Source of the DNA: Spirochaetia bacterium
GTDB lineage: Bacteria > Spirochaetota > Spirochaetia > SZUA-6 > Bin103
Reading direction: 5' to 3'
DNA: 64,000 nt
NCBI GenBank assembly: GCA_965198005.1
Contig: CBDAOI010000004.1
Coordinates: 2,304,001-2,368,000 of the forward strand
Below the pieces are notes generated by a model, which searched no databases, had not been told where the DNA came from, and was given only the letters and a program-made list of their open reading frames with translations. A program made the position numbers and the translations under genes. Positions 12,033-22,257 of the stretch are shown here, in pieces; positions within the stretch are counted from its first letter, which is position 1, and each line of letters begins with the position of its first letter.

Positions 12033-13069
12033 CAGGGACTCCGCCGCAACACGGTGTTGCCGAGCAGCGCCGCCAGCGCGGCGCAGGCCAGCGCCGCCAG
12101 CGCCAGCGGCACGAACCGCTCGCGATAGCTCAGGTAGCGGATCGACTCGAGCTCGCTCGTTTCGAGCTGATCGATCTCGCGGTACACGGCGTGCAGCGCC
12201 TGCGGGTCGGCCGCGGTGCGGAACAGCCCGCCGGTGGCCTCCGCGATCGCGCGCAGCGTGGTCGCGTCCATCTCGCCACCCCCGAGGCCGACCGCATGCA
12301 CCGTGATGCCCCAGTCGCGCGCCAGGCCCGCGGCCTCCAGCGGGGTGCGCTCGCCGGTGTTGTTGCGGCCGTCGGTGAGCACCACCATCACCTTGCTCTT
12401 GATCTCGTAGGTCGCGGTCTCGCCGGTGTCCGCGGCGGTGGCGTCGGCACCGGTGCCCGCGCGCGCCCTCAACTCCTCCTCGGCCAGTTGCAGGCGGGCG
12501 GCGGCCAGGGCGATCGCGTCGCCGAGCGCCGTGCCGTCTTCGCCGCCGCGCGGGGCGGCCAGCTCGATGCCGGGCAGAAAGCCGTCCACCGCGCCGTGCG
12601 CCAGCGTGAGCGGCAGAATGGTGTTGGCGTACCGGGCGAAGGTGACCAGACCGATCATGTCGTCGGCGCGCCCGGTCAGCCCCGCGCCGTCGCCATGCAC
12701 GAAGCGGCCCAGCACCTCCTTGGCCACGTCCAGCCGGCTCGCGCTCTGCGGCTGCGAGCCGAGCGGCAGGCCCATGCTCGACGACCGGTCCAGCACCAGC
12801 TCGATGGCGATCCCGCGGCTCACGTCCACTACCTGCTCCTGCCCCTCGCGCGGCCGCGCCAGGGCGACCACCAGCAGCGCCAGGGCCAGCACCAGCAGCG
12901 CCTGCGGCACCGCCACCAGCCGCCGCCGGAACGACGGGCGGACGGCGCCCGGCACGGCCGCCGACGAGAACCGCAGCCCGCGGCGCGCGCGCCCGGCCCA
13001 GTACCGGACCAGGGGCAGGAGCGCCACCACCGGCAGCAGCAGCAGCGCCCACGGCGACTCAAACTGCAA
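12032..13069 (-). CDS. batA: BatA-like VWA domain protein
   Basis: FESPWALLLL, ALARP, DRSSSM, GTALGDAI, LTDGRNNTG. Confidence 0.88.
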   Translation of the reverse strand: MQFESPWALLLLPVVALLPLVRYWAGRARRGLRFSSAAVPGAVRPSFRRRLVAVPQALLVLALALLVVALARPREGQEQVVDVSRGIAIELVLDRSSSMGLPLGSQPQSASRLDVAKEVLGRFVHGDGAGLTGRADDMIGLVTFARYANTILPLTLAHGAVDGFLPGIELAAPRGGEDGTALGDAIALAAARLQLAEEELRARAGTGADATAADTGETATYEIKSKVMVVLTDGRNNTGERTPLEAAGLARDWGITVHAVGLGGGEMDATTLRAIAEATGGLFRTAADPQALHAVYREIDQLETSELESIRYLSYRERFVPLALAALACAALAALLGNTVLRRSP

Positions 13070-14366
13070 CGTCCGCCTCCTCCGGCTGCGTCACGCGCCA
13101 GGTGGCATGCACCAACTGGCGCGCGGTGTCCAGCAGCGCGCGGCTGATCTCGTCCCCCGGCCGGGCGCGCGCGAACTTCACTTGGTCGCATTGGGCCAGG
13201 AACGCGTGCAGCGCCCGCCGCTGGCCGGTGTCCAGCCAGCTCTCGCCGTCCAGCGTCCGCATCAGTTCCTCGGTGGTGCGTTCCGGGGCGTGCACCGCGA
13301 ACCGCTGCTCCAGGTAGACGCGCAGGACGGCGGCCACCGCGGTGTGGAACGCGGTCAGCTCGCCCCGGCGCAGCAGGTCCTGCGCTTCCAGCCGGTCCAG
13401 TGCCCGCAGCGCGGCCACCTGCGGCGGCACCACTTCCACCTGCGCCCGGCGGCGGGCCGCGCGCCGCTTCAGGTACAGCACGGCGAGCACGACCAGGGCG
13501 GCCGTCAGCGCGGCGCCCCCGGCCAGCAGCAGCAGGACGGCGCTGCGCACCGGCACCGCTACCGGGTTCCCCACCTCGCGCAGCTCCGGTACGCCCGCCG
13601 CGCCCGGCGCCAGCACCGAGGCCACGGTCACCGCGACCTCGTCGGTCGCCAGCAACACGCTCTGCCCGGCCGCCGCGCCGTCGCCCGCGGCCGCCGGCGG
13701 CTGCACCGCCACGGTCAGACTCGGCACCGTGTAGTCGCCGGCCAGAAACGGCCGCAGCGCGAACCAGCGCGTCCACCGGACCAGTCCCCGCGGGTCCAGC
13801 GCCGGCGGCTCGGTGCCGGTCCCCGAGACGGCAAAGTGATTGCTCACCCCAGCCCCGCTCCCGCCGCCGCGGGCGAACGCCTCGGCGCGCGGCAGCAACA
13901 CCGTGCTGCCCTCGGGCGCCGCGGTCTCCACCTGTACCAGCACCTGCTGCGCGGTAGTGATCTGCGTGCGGTCGAGCCGCAGCCACACGGTCACCTCGCC
14001 CTCGCGGTACACGTGCTCGGCCGCCCAGACGGCCTCCCCGGCCGCGGCGGCGCCGCCGCCGCACGCCGCGAACAGCAAGAGCGCCCCCAGCCCGCCCAGC
14101 GCGGCCGCCACCCCGAGGCCGCCGCCGGCCGCGGCGCCGGCCCGCACCCGGCAACGCACGCCGCGCCGGCCCGGCGCGCACCAAGGCCCCCCGCCGGCCG
14201 GCGGCACGGTCCGCGGCATCCGTCCATTGGCCGGAAGCCGGCCGCAATCGGACCGGGGCTCTGCGCCCCAAGACCGGTCGCCCACCGGCGCCGCGGTTGA
14301 CCGATACCGTCCCTTCGCCAGGCGTCCGGCGCGGCCCGCCAGACGCTCAGCGTCCGCGCGCCGCAC
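13059..14366 (-). CDS. bat-operon membrane protein (DUF4381-like C-terminus); start uncertain
   Basis: TM helix followed by ALRALDRL...LRVYLEQRF...ERTTEE...DQVKFA; lies between DUF58 and batA. Confidence 0.7.
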   Translation of the reverse strand: MRRADAERLAGRAGRLAKGRYRSTAAPVGDRSWGAEPRSDCGRLPANGRMPRTVPPAGGGPWCAPGRRGVRCRVRAGAAAGGGLGVAAALGGLGALLLFAACGGGAAAAGEAVWAAEHVYREGEVTVWLRLDRTQITTAQQVLVQVETAAPEGSTVLLPRAEAFARGGGSGAGVSNHFAVSGTGTEPPALDPRGLVRWTRWFALRPFLAGDYTVPSLTVAVQPPAAAGDGAAAGQSVLLATDEVAVTVASVLAPGAAGVPELREVGNPVAVPVRSAVLLLLAGGAALTAALVVLAVLYLKRRAARRRAQVEVVPPQVAALRALDRLEAQDLLRRGELTAFHTAVAAVLRVYLEQRFAVHAPERTTEELMRTLDGESWLDTGQRRALHAFLAQCDQVKFARARPGDEISRALLDTARQLVHATWRVTQPEEADVAV

Positions 14367-15234
14367 GCTTCTCCCTCGCCTTGAAGAACCGCACCAGATC
14401 GTGCGTCCAGCCGCGCTCAGTGCGAATCGGCACTTGATCGACGCCCAGTGCCCGGAACTGCGCGGCCAGCGCCTCCTGCCGCTCCCGGCCGCGGCGGGCG
14501 TACTCCGCCCGCACCCGCCGGCTGGAGCTGTCCACCACCACGCGCGCACCGGTCTCGGCGTCCTGCAGCTCCAGCAGCCCCACCGCCGGCAGCGCCAGCT
14601 CGCGCGGGTCCACGATCGAGGCCGCGATCAGGTCGTGCCGCTTCACCGCCAGCCGCAACTCGCGCTGGTAGCCGCCGGCCAGGAAGTCGGAGATCACAAA
14701 CACGGTGGCGCGCCGCCGCTGCACCCGGCTGACGAAGCTCAGCGCCACGCCGATGTCGGTGCGGGTGTGGCGCGGGGCGAAGAACAGCAGCTCGCGCACC
14801 AGGCGCAGGGCGTGGGTGGTGCCCTTCTTGGGCGGAATGAACAGCTCGATCACGTCGGTGAACGCCACCAGGCCGACCCGGTCGTTGTGGCGGATCGCCG
14901 AGAACGCCAGCAGCGCAGTCAGCTCGGCCGCTACCTCCAGCTTGCTCTTGCCCGCGGAGCCGAAGGTCCCGGAGGCGGACAGATCCACCACGAACAGCAC
15001 CGTCAGCTCGCGCTCTTCCACGAACCGCTTCACGTACGGGTGGCCCATGCGCGCGGTGACGTTCCAGTCGATGCTGCGGATCTCGTCGCCCGGGTGGTAC
15101 TCGCGGACCTCCTGGAACTCGATCCCCTGGCCGCGGAACACGCTGGCGTACTCGCCGCCGAACACGGTATCCACCGCGCGCCGGGCGCTGATCTGGATGT
15201 AGCGAATCTGGCGTGCCAACTCGCGCGAAATCAC
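14347..15234 (-). CDS. DUF58 domain protein
   Basis: GIEFQEVREYHPGDEIRSIDWNVTAR, DLSASG, VISDF. Confidence 0.92.
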   Translation of the reverse strand: MISRELARQIRYIQISARRAVDTVFGGEYASVFRGQGIEFQEVREYHPGDEIRSIDWNVTARMGHPYVKRFVEERELTVLFVVDLSASGTFGSAGKSKLEVAAELTALLAFSAIRHNDRVGLVAFTDVIELFIPPKKGTTHALRLVRELLFFAPRHTRTDIGVALSFVSRVQRRRATVFVISDFLAGGYQRELRLAVKRHDLIAASIVDPRELALPAVGLLELQDAETGARVVVDSSSRRVRAEYARRGRERQEALAAQFRALGVDQVPIRTERGWTHDLVRFFKAREKRAARGR

Positions 15235-16214
15235 GGCACCGGAACAGCGTCGAGGATGGTGGTTACCAGATCGTCAGCAGTGCGTTCCTCGGCCTCCGCT
15301 TCGTAGCTCACGATTATCCGGTGGCGGAGCACGTCCGGCGCCAGCGTCTTGACGTCCTGCGGGGTGACGTAGCCGCGCCCCTGCAGCAGGGCGTAGGCGC
15401 GCGCCGCCAGCGTCAGATAGATGGTCGCGCGCGGCGACGCGCCGTATTCGATCAGCCCGTCGAGTTCCAGACCGAACTCGGCCGGCCGGCGCGTGGCGTA
15501 CACCACGTCGACCACGTATTCCTCGACCTTGTCGTCCATGTAGATCTGTTCCACCAGCCGGCGCAGGCGCCGGAAGTCGGCCGGCCGCAACACCGGCTCG
15601 ACCGGCGGCACGCCCTCGGTGCGCGCCATCTGGCGCAGAATCCGCAGTTCCTCGGCGCGGCTGGGATAGGTCACCCGCACCTTGAGCATGAACCGGTCGA
15701 CCTGCGCCTCGGGCAACGGGTAGGTCCCCTCCTGCTCGATCGGATTCTGGGTGGCGAGCACCATGAACGGGTCGTCCAGCGCCAGACTTTCGTCGCCGAT
15801 GGTCACCTGCCGTTCCTGCATCGCCTCCAGCAGGGCGCTCTGCACCTTGGCCGGAGCGCGGTTGATCTCGTCGGCCAGGATGACGTTGGCGAAGATCGGC
15901 CCCCGCTTGGTGGTGAACTCGCCGCTGCCGGGGTGGTACACCAGGGTCCCGATCAGGTCCGCCGGCAGCAGGTCGGGGGTGAACTGAATGCGCCGGAAGC
16001 GCGCCTCGATCGCCTGTGCCAGGGTAGTGATGGACAGCGTCTTGGCCAGCCCCGGCACCCCTTCCACCAGCAGGTGGGCGTTGCACAGCAGGCCGATCAG
16101 CAGCCGCTCGATCAGGTAGCTCTGACCCACGATCACCTTCTCCAGTTGCTGCCGCACGGCCTGCAGCAGCCGGCCCTCCCGCTCCACCTCGACGCCAATC
16201 TGCTCTACATTCAC
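15231..16214 (-). CDS. moxR: MoxR family AAA+ ATPase
   Basis: EGVPGLAKT, RIQFTPDLLPAD, DEINRAPAKVQSALLEAM, GASPRA. Confidence 0.95.
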   Translation of the reverse strand: MNVEQIGVEVEREGRLLQAVRQQLEKVIVGQSYLIERLLIGLLCNAHLLVEGVPGLAKTLSITTLAQAIEARFRRIQFTPDLLPADLIGTLVYHPGSGEFTTKRGPIFANVILADEINRAPAKVQSALLEAMQERQVTIGDESLALDDPFMVLATQNPIEQEGTYPLPEAQVDRFMLKVRVTYPSRAEELRILRQMARTEGVPPVEPVLRPADFRRLRRLVEQIYMDDKVEEYVVDVVYATRRPAEFGLELDGLIEYGASPRATIYLTLAARAYALLQGRGYVTPQDVKTLAPDVLRHRIIVSYEAEAEERTADDLVTTILDAVPVP

Positions 16215-16512
16215 CCGGCACCCCCCCTGAACTCCCTGAGCTCTCTCAAAAATGTATTGAACCGCGTGCCGCGAAATCAATCCCCCCCGCCGGATTCCTC
16301 GTCGGCCGGGCGGCGCCATGCGGGCTACGGTGCCACCTCCTCGGCCGCGCCGCCGCCAGACCTCACTCCCGGCCGCTACTGCCCCCACCGAGAATTGCTG
16401 TTACTCCTCCACGCCCGGGGGTGCAACAACCAGGCACGTCCAGTAAGCTATCCATCGGCGCGCCATGGCAAACGTGACGGCGCGCCTGACTCAGCTTCCT
16501 GGAGGTGGCGCC

Positions 16513-17634
16513 ATGAGTTCCGCTCCGGTTCGGGAGGGAATCGTCGACGATGAGGAACTCGTTGACGACCTCGATGAGACGCTTGAAGTAACTCCGTACG
16601 TCTATTCGATCACGGCCTACGGGGCAGACTATCCGGTCGATTCTCTGGTGAAGCGAATCGACTCCGGCGACATCGTGGTTCCTCGCTTCGGCTGGGTATC
16701 AGACGATGGCTCCGACATCATAGGCTTCCAGCGTGAATACGTATGGCCGCGAACAAAGTCCGATCGGTTTATCGAGTCTCTTCTTCTTGGACTACCCGTA
16801 CCCGGTATCTTCCTGGTGAGAGAGTCATCAGGTCGCTTCCTGGTCCTCGACGGACAGCAGCGTCTGCACACCATCAGCTCGTTTTACGAAGGTGTGATGC
16901 GCGGTCAGGAGTACCGCCTGGATGGAGTAGAGGACCGCTTTCGGGGCAAGCGATATCGGGATCTCGACGTGGCGGACCGGCGCCGACTCGATGACAGCAT
17001 CATCCATGCGACCGTGATTCGGCAGGACCAGCCGACCGAGGATCAGAGTAGTGTCTACATGATCTTCGAGAGACTGAACACCGGCGGCGTGAATCTTCAG
17101 CCACAAGAAATCAGGGTGGCACTGTACCACGGCGAACTGGTTCGCGTACTCAGGGAGCTCAATGACTACCCCGCCTGGAGACGCCTCTATGGCAAGCGCT
17201 CTCGGCGCCTGAAGGACATGGAGATGATTCTCCGGTTCTTCGCCTTCCTGTACCATGCCACTTCCTACCACAGTCCGATGAAGGAGTTCCTGAACCGCTA
17301 CATGGCCAGCAACAAGGACTTGGCCCGTCAGCACGAGGACGAGTTGGTGCAGATTTTCATGGACACCGTGACGGTTCTTGATGAGGCCGTGGGCGTTCGA
17401 GCCTTTCGTCCTGTCAGGGCAGTGAACGCTGCCGTCGTGGACTCCGTGATGACCGGACTTGCCCGCCGGATCAAACGGGGACCGATCTGTAATCCGTCAC
17501 AAGTGGCTCAGGAGTATGCCACGTTGATGGAAAACCGGAGCTACCGAGGGACGATCGAGACTGGCACCTCCCAAGAGTCCAACGTCGAAACGCGGCTTGA
17601 GTTGGCAACAGTAGCTTTCGCGAATGTGAAATGA
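16513..17634 (+). CDS. DUF262 (ParB/Srx-like, GmrSD N-terminal type) protein
   Basis: FQREYVW, FIESLLLGLPVP, VLDGQQRL, IFERLNTGG; GGAGG RBS; lower GC than flanks. Confidence 0.9.
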   Translation: MSSAPVREGIVDDEELVDDLDETLEVTPYVYSITAYGADYPVDSLVKRIDSGDIVVPRFGWVSDDGSDIIGFQREYVWPRTKSDRFIESLLLGLPVPGIFLVRESSGRFLVLDGQQRLHTISSFYEGVMRGQEYRLDGVEDRFRGKRYRDLDVADRRRLDDSIIHATVIRQDQPTEDQSSVYMIFERLNTGGVNLQPQEIRVALYHGELVRVLRELNDYPAWRRLYGKRSRRLKDMEMILRFFAFLYHATSYHSPMKEFLNRYMASNKDLARQHEDELVQIFMDTVTVLDEAVGVRAFRPVRAVNAAVVDSVMTGLARRIKRGPICNPSQVAQEYATLMENRSYRGTIETGTSQESNVETRLELATVAFANVK

Positions 17635-17957
17635 CCGGACGAGCGGAGGTCGATAGACAACGGCGACAACTCGATACCACGTTTTCGCGTGCAAGCGGTC
17701 TCAGTGCCGATGCCGAGCTGCTTTCCGACTTCGCCCGATACTTGTGCGTCCTGGTTTCCGGACTTGTGGAACAGGCGACGATGGAATTGCTGATCGAGTA
17801 CGCCAGAACTCACTCGGACGCACGCATCCAGCGCCATGTGGAGCGTAGCGTTCGTCATCTTGCGAATCTCAAGACGCAGCGCCTGATCGATGTAGTGATC
17901 ATCGACCGCGTAGCCGATCTGATAGTCCCCCTTGACCCAGGGCGGGCGGGGTCATAG
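17631..17957 (+). pseudogene. HEPN-family protein (MAE_28990/RiboL-PSP type), apparently internally deleted
   Basis: ATGA overlap with DUF262; ARYLCVLVSGLVE N-terminal motif; only 108 aa and no RxxxxH motif. Confidence 0.6.
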
Positions 17958-17968
17958 GCTGGGGCGCG

Positions 17969-19177
17969 ATGGCGCACCGCCAGCTCGTGGCGCTCAGTCC
18001 CAGCGCGCGCAATCTCGCAGCAGTGCGGCGGCGGGTGCGGCTGTGGCGACCGCCGTTCGTCACCGCCATGACCCGCTGGGTGCGGCTCACCGTGTCCGGC
18101 CGCGACCAGCTTCCCCGCGGCCAGCCGTTGTTGTTCCTGTCCAACCACGCCGGGTTCTTCGATCCGCCGATCATGGTGCGCGCGGCCGGCGCGCCGGTGA
18201 TCCTGCTGGCGACCGAGTCCAACTTTCGCGCCGGGCCGCTCGGCCGCTTCTTAGTGCACTTCGGCGCCGTGCCCAAACGGAAGTACACCGCCGACGCGCG
18301 CGCGATCATCTTTCTCAAGCGCTGGGCCGAGGCGGGCGCCAACATCGGCCTGTTTCCCGAGGGTGAGCGCACCTGGGACGGCCGCCCGCTGCCGCCGGTG
18401 GCCGGCACCGAGAAGCTGGTGCGGCTGATGGGGCTGCCGCTGGTGACGATGCGGGTCTACAACGGGTTCCGCCAGTCGCCGCGCTGGACCCGCCGGCTGC
18501 GGCGCGGGCAGATTCACGTCGAGGTCGACCCCCCGCAGACGTTCAGCCGCGACACTCCACTGGCGACGATCAAGGCGTATATCGAGGAGCGGATCGCCGT
18601 CGACGCCCTCGCCGGGCCGCACTTTCCGGTGGCCGGCGGCAACCTCGCGGACGGCATCGCCAACGTCGCCTGGGCGTGTCCGCGCTGCCTGCTGATCGAC
18701 GGGCTGCGCGAAGCGGGCAACCGCCTCCACTGCCGCGGCTGCCGGGGACGCTGGCGGGTCGACTGGGACAGCCGCCTGCTCGGCGCCGGCGGCACCGCCA
18801 CCCATACCCTGCCGGAGGTGGCGGATCTGATCCGCGCCCGCTACGCCGCGCCCGAGCCGGCGGCCGACGGCACGGTGCTGGCCAGCGAGCCGATGACGCT
18901 GCTCGACCTCACCCCCCGGCGGCCGCGGCCGGTCGGCGTGGGACGCATGCGCCTGACCCGCGACGAGCTGGTGATCGACGGCGAGCTGCCCTGGAGCATG
19001 CCGATGATGCAGATCGAGGCGATCACGGTCGACATGCGCCGCCGGCTCACCCTGCGCGCCGGGGCGCGCTTCCTGGAGGCGGTGGTCCCGCACGAGTCGG
19101 TGCTCAAGTGGGAGTGGTTCGTGCAGCGGCTGCAGGCCGGCGCCGCGGCTCAGTCGGCTCAGTCGGCTACACGTTGA
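17969..19177 (+). CDS. lysophospholipid acyltransferase (PlsC-like) with C-terminal Zn-ribbon extension
   Basis: NHAGFFD (NHxxxxD), FPEGERTWDG, CPRC...CRGC. Confidence 0.85.
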   Translation: MAHRQLVALSPSARNLAAVRRRVRLWRPPFVTAMTRWVRLTVSGRDQLPRGQPLLFLSNHAGFFDPPIMVRAAGAPVILLATESNFRAGPLGRFLVHFGAVPKRKYTADARAIIFLKRWAEAGANIGLFPEGERTWDGRPLPPVAGTEKLVRLMGLPLVTMRVYNGFRQSPRWTRRLRRGQIHVEVDPPQTFSRDTPLATIKAYIEERIAVDALAGPHFPVAGGNLADGIANVAWACPRCLLIDGLREAGNRLHCRGCRGRWRVDWDSRLLGAGGTATHTLPEVADLIRARYAAPEPAADGTVLASEPMTLLDLTPRRPRPVGVGRMRLTRDELVIDGELPWSMPMMQIEAITVDMRRRLTLRAGARFLEAVVPHESVLKWEWFVQRLQAGAAAQSAQSATR

Positions 19178-19856
19178 ACTTGACGTCGAGCACGTCGCCG
19201 GCGGCGACCACGTAGCTGCGGTCCACCAGCCGCAGCAGTCCCTTGGTGCGCCCCTCCTGCGGGGTGCGAAACCGCTCCAGGTCGGCGATGTTGAACACCT
19301 CGGCGCGGATGAAGCCGCGTTCCAGGTCGCTGTGGACTTGGCCGGCCGCGGCGGTGACCACGGCGCCGCGCGCCACTTCCCACACCCGCGCCTCGTTCTT
19401 GCCGGCGGTATAGAACAGGATGCGTCCCGCCGTCCGGTGCAGATCGCGTACGAGGCGGGCCAGCTCGTCCGCCGCCGGGGCGGTATCGAGCACCACGCCC
19501 GGCTTGACGGTGGCGAGGTTGAGCCCGCGCAGATGGCGCAGCTCCGGTTCGGTGAACGGCTCCTGGCTGAGCATGCGCTCTTCCTCGAGCACCGCCAGGG
19601 CGCGCTGCAACAGCCCGGTTTGCGCGGGGTCCCGATACAGGTTCCGTTCCAGGATCTCGGTATCCTCCAACAGCCAGTCCAAGCGGTCGGCGGCGGCAAT
19701 CAGGAACCCGTCGGCCCGGCCGCGCTGCTCCTGCTCGAAGTCGACCGTGAAGCGCGTGCGCTTCGCCGAGCGGTAGCGTTCGGCCAGGACGTCCAGCGCC
19801 GGATCGGGGAGCTCGTAGTGTCCCCGCAGGTCCACTCCGTGAACGAAGATCTTCAT
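19167..19856 (-). CDS. DUF933/YchF C-terminal (TGS) domain protein lacking the P-loop
   Basis: FYTAGKNEARVW, AAGQVHSDLERGFIRAEV, YVVAAGDVL; no GxxxxGKS. Confidence 0.8.
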   Translation of the reverse strand: MKIFVHGVDLRGHYELPDPALDVLAERYRSAKRTRFTVDFEQEQRGRADGFLIAAADRLDWLLEDTEILERNLYRDPAQTGLLQRALAVLEEERMLSQEPFTEPELRHLRGLNLATVKPGVVLDTAPAADELARLVRDLHRTAGRILFYTAGKNEARVWEVARGAVVTAAAGQVHSDLERGFIRAEVFNIADLERFRTPQEGRTKGLLRLVDRSYVVAAGDVLDVKFNV

Positions 19857-19898
19857 CGCGCGACTGCTCGGAGGCTCGCAGGGACCGGTGGGCGGCGC

Positions 19899-20258
19899 CT
19901 AAGTCCGGCCGGTCAGGTAGTCCGGCGGCGTGGCCGCGAGAAAATCCGCGCGCGGCGGGCTGAAGATGTCGATCACCACCGCGTCCTCCAGCACCTCGGC
20001 GTCATGCGGCGTATCTGACGGAATCACCCGGATGGCGCCCGCCCCAAGCGTCACCTCCTCCCCGCCGATCGTCATCCTGATGCGCCCCGACTCGACCACC
20101 ACCACCTGCTCGTGCGGATGGCGGTGCTGCGCGACGTAGCCGCCCATGGTGAACTCCCACCGCACCAGCATCACCTTGTCGCCGTGGATGATGCGCCGGC
20201 TGATGAGGTTCGAGATCCGCTCGCGCGGGACCGCGGCCCAACTCGTGGTCTGTCCCAT
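19899..20258 (-). CDS. cupin domain protein
   Basis: HRHPHEQ...IPSDTPH...DIFSPPR. Confidence 0.9.
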   Translation of the reverse strand: MGQTTSWAAVPRERISNLISRRIIHGDKVMLVRWEFTMGGYVAQHRHPHEQVVVVESGRIRMTIGGEEVTLGAGAIRVIPSDTPHDAEVLEDAVVIDIFSPPRADFLAATPPDYLTGRT

Positions 20259-20475
20259 AGCCGGATGATAGCAGACAGCGGGCCCAAGCGCATGGCGGAC
20301 GCCGCGCGCCGCGGCAGCGTTGGGCAGACCGCGCCGGACCGGTTACCATAGGGGCTAGGCGTCCATGAGCAACCACCGCCCCCCGCGCCCGGGAAACCGC
20401 GCCGCGCGCACCCAATCACGACCCTCCCGCGCGGGCGGCAGGGGTTCCCGCGCGCGCCCACCGCGCCGCGAAGCG

Positions 20476-22257
20476 ATGCGCGCCCTGGTGCGCAGTCTGC
20501 GGTTTCTGCTGCGCTACCGCTGGAGCGCCGCGGTGAGCCTGGCATGCCTGCTGGCGGACGCCGCCGGCAACCTGGCGGTGCCGCGCCTGACGCAGCAGAT
20601 CGTCGACCGCGGCATTCTGGAGCAGCGCTTCACGGTGATCATGGCCGGCTCGCTGGTAATCGTGGCGGTCACCGCGTTGCGCGCCCTGTTCACGTTTCTG
20701 GCGGGGGTGCTGGCGGCGCGCATGTCGCAGGGAGTGGCCTACGACCTGCGCAACGCCCTGTACGACCACATCCAGAGCCTCTCGTTCAGCTATCACGACC
20801 GCGCCCAGACCGGCCAGCTTCTGACGCGCGCTACCAGCGACGTGGACATGGTGCGCACTTTCATCAGCACCGGCGTGACGCAGGTGGTGACGACCGTGAT
20901 CCTGCTGCTCGGCAGCATGTACCTGCTGTTCGCGACCAACTGGCGGCTGGCGCTGCTGGTGGTGCCGATCATGCTCGGAGTGATCGTGATCTTCAGCTAC
21001 ATGGCGAAGATAGGGCAGCCGTTGTTCCGTTCCATTCAGGAAAAAGTCGCCGCGCTGAACACCCGCCTGCAGGAGAACGTGGTCGGCATCCGCGTGGTCA
21101 AGGCGTTCACCGGCGCCCGCCGCGAGCAGGAGCGGTTCGACCGCGCCAACCGGGAACTGTACGCCGAGACCCTGCACGCGGGCCGCATCTTCGTGCTGGC
21201 CATCCCCCTGGTGTTCGCCATGGCGAACTTCGGCACCCTGGCCGTGACCTGGGGCGGCGGCATCCAGATTCTGGCCCAGCGCCTGACCATCGGCGAGCTG
21301 GTGGCATTTCAGGGCTATCTGATCGTGGCCATGTTCCCGATCATGATGCTCGGCATGATCATGATGTCGATCTCGCAGGCGTCAGCCAGCGCGGAACGGA
21401 TCTTCGAGATTCTCGATGCCCAATCGGACGTGCAGGAGAGACCGGATGCCGCGACCCTGACGCCGCTGCGCCGGGGGCTGGCGTTCGAGGAGGTCGGATT
21501 CCGCTACTTCCGCACCGGCGCCCCGGTGCTGCAGGAGGTCAGCTTTTCCACGGGGGCGGCGGAGACGCTCGCCATCGTGGGCGCCACCGGGTCGGGCAAG
21601 AGCACCATCATCAACCTGATCCCGCGCTTCTACGACGTCACCGCGGGGCGCATTACCATTGACGGCATCGACCTGCGCGCCGTCACCCTGACGTCGCTGC
21701 GCCGGCAGATCGGGATCGTGCTGGAAGAGACCACCCTGTTCGGCGGCACGATCCGTGAGAACGTCGCCTACGGCCGGCCGGACGCATCCGACGCCGAGAT
21801 CGAGCGCGCGGCCCGCGCCGCCGCGGCGCACGACTTCATCAGCGCGTTCGCCGACGGCTACGATTCGGTGGTGGGCGAGCGCGGCGTGACCCTCTCGGGC
21901 GGCCAGAAACAACGGATCTCGATCGCTCGCGCGCTGCTGATCCAGCCCCGGATTCTGATTCTCGACGACAGCACCAGCAACGTCGACTACGAGACCGAGA
22001 TTCGGATCCGCGACGCGCTGGAGGGATTGAAACGGGAGCGGCTGGCGTTCGTGATCGCCAGCCGCATGAGCACGGTGATGGCGGCCGATCGCGTGCTGCT
22101 GCTGCACGAGGGCCGGGTGGCCGGGCTGGGCGACCATCACCGGTTGCTGCACGACAACCCGCTGTACGCCGAGATCTTCTATGCGCAACTCACGGAGTCG
22201 CAACCGGACGCCGCCGCGGAAGGCGCCGCCGCGACTGCCGGGAGGCAGCGTCCGTGA
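20476..22257 (+). CDS. ABC exporter, fused TMD-NBD subunit 1 (degenerate site)
   Basis: GATGSGKS, LSGGQKQR, Walker B LDDSTS, switch IASR. Confidence 0.92.
   Translation: MRALVRSLRFLLRYRWSAAVSLACLLADAAGNLAVPRLTQQIVDRGILEQRFTVIMAGSLVIVAVTALRALFTFLAGVLAARMSQGVAYDLRNALYDHIQSLSFSYHDRAQTGQLLTRATSDVDMVRTFISTGVTQVVTTVILLLGSMYLLFATNWRLALLVVPIMLGVIVIFSYMAKIGQPLFRSIQEKVAALNTRLQENVVGIRVVKAFTGARREQERFDRANRELYAETLHAGRIFVLAIPLVFAMANFGTLAVTWGGGIQILAQRLTIGELVAFQGYLIVAMFPIMMLGMIMMSISQASASAERIFEILDAQSDVQERPDAATLTPLRRGLAFEEVGFRYFRTGAPVLQEVSFSTGAAETLAIVGATGSGKSTIINLIPRFYDVTAGRITIDGIDLRAVTLTSLRRQIGIVLEETTLFGGTIRENVAYGRPDASDAEIERAARAAAAHDFISAFADGYDSVVGERGVTLSGGQKQRISIARALLIQPRILILDDSTSNVDYETEIRIRDALEGLKRERLAFVIASRMSTVMAADRVLLLHEGRVAGLGDHHRLLHDNPLYAEIFYAQLTESQPDAAAEGAAATAGRQRP

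Noticed and set aside
8272-14300. Long plus-strand ORFs (8272-10575, 10071-12128, 12426-14300) and similar ones elsewhere
   Set aside because: Antisense shadows of well-supported genes in high-GC DNA, with no motifs.
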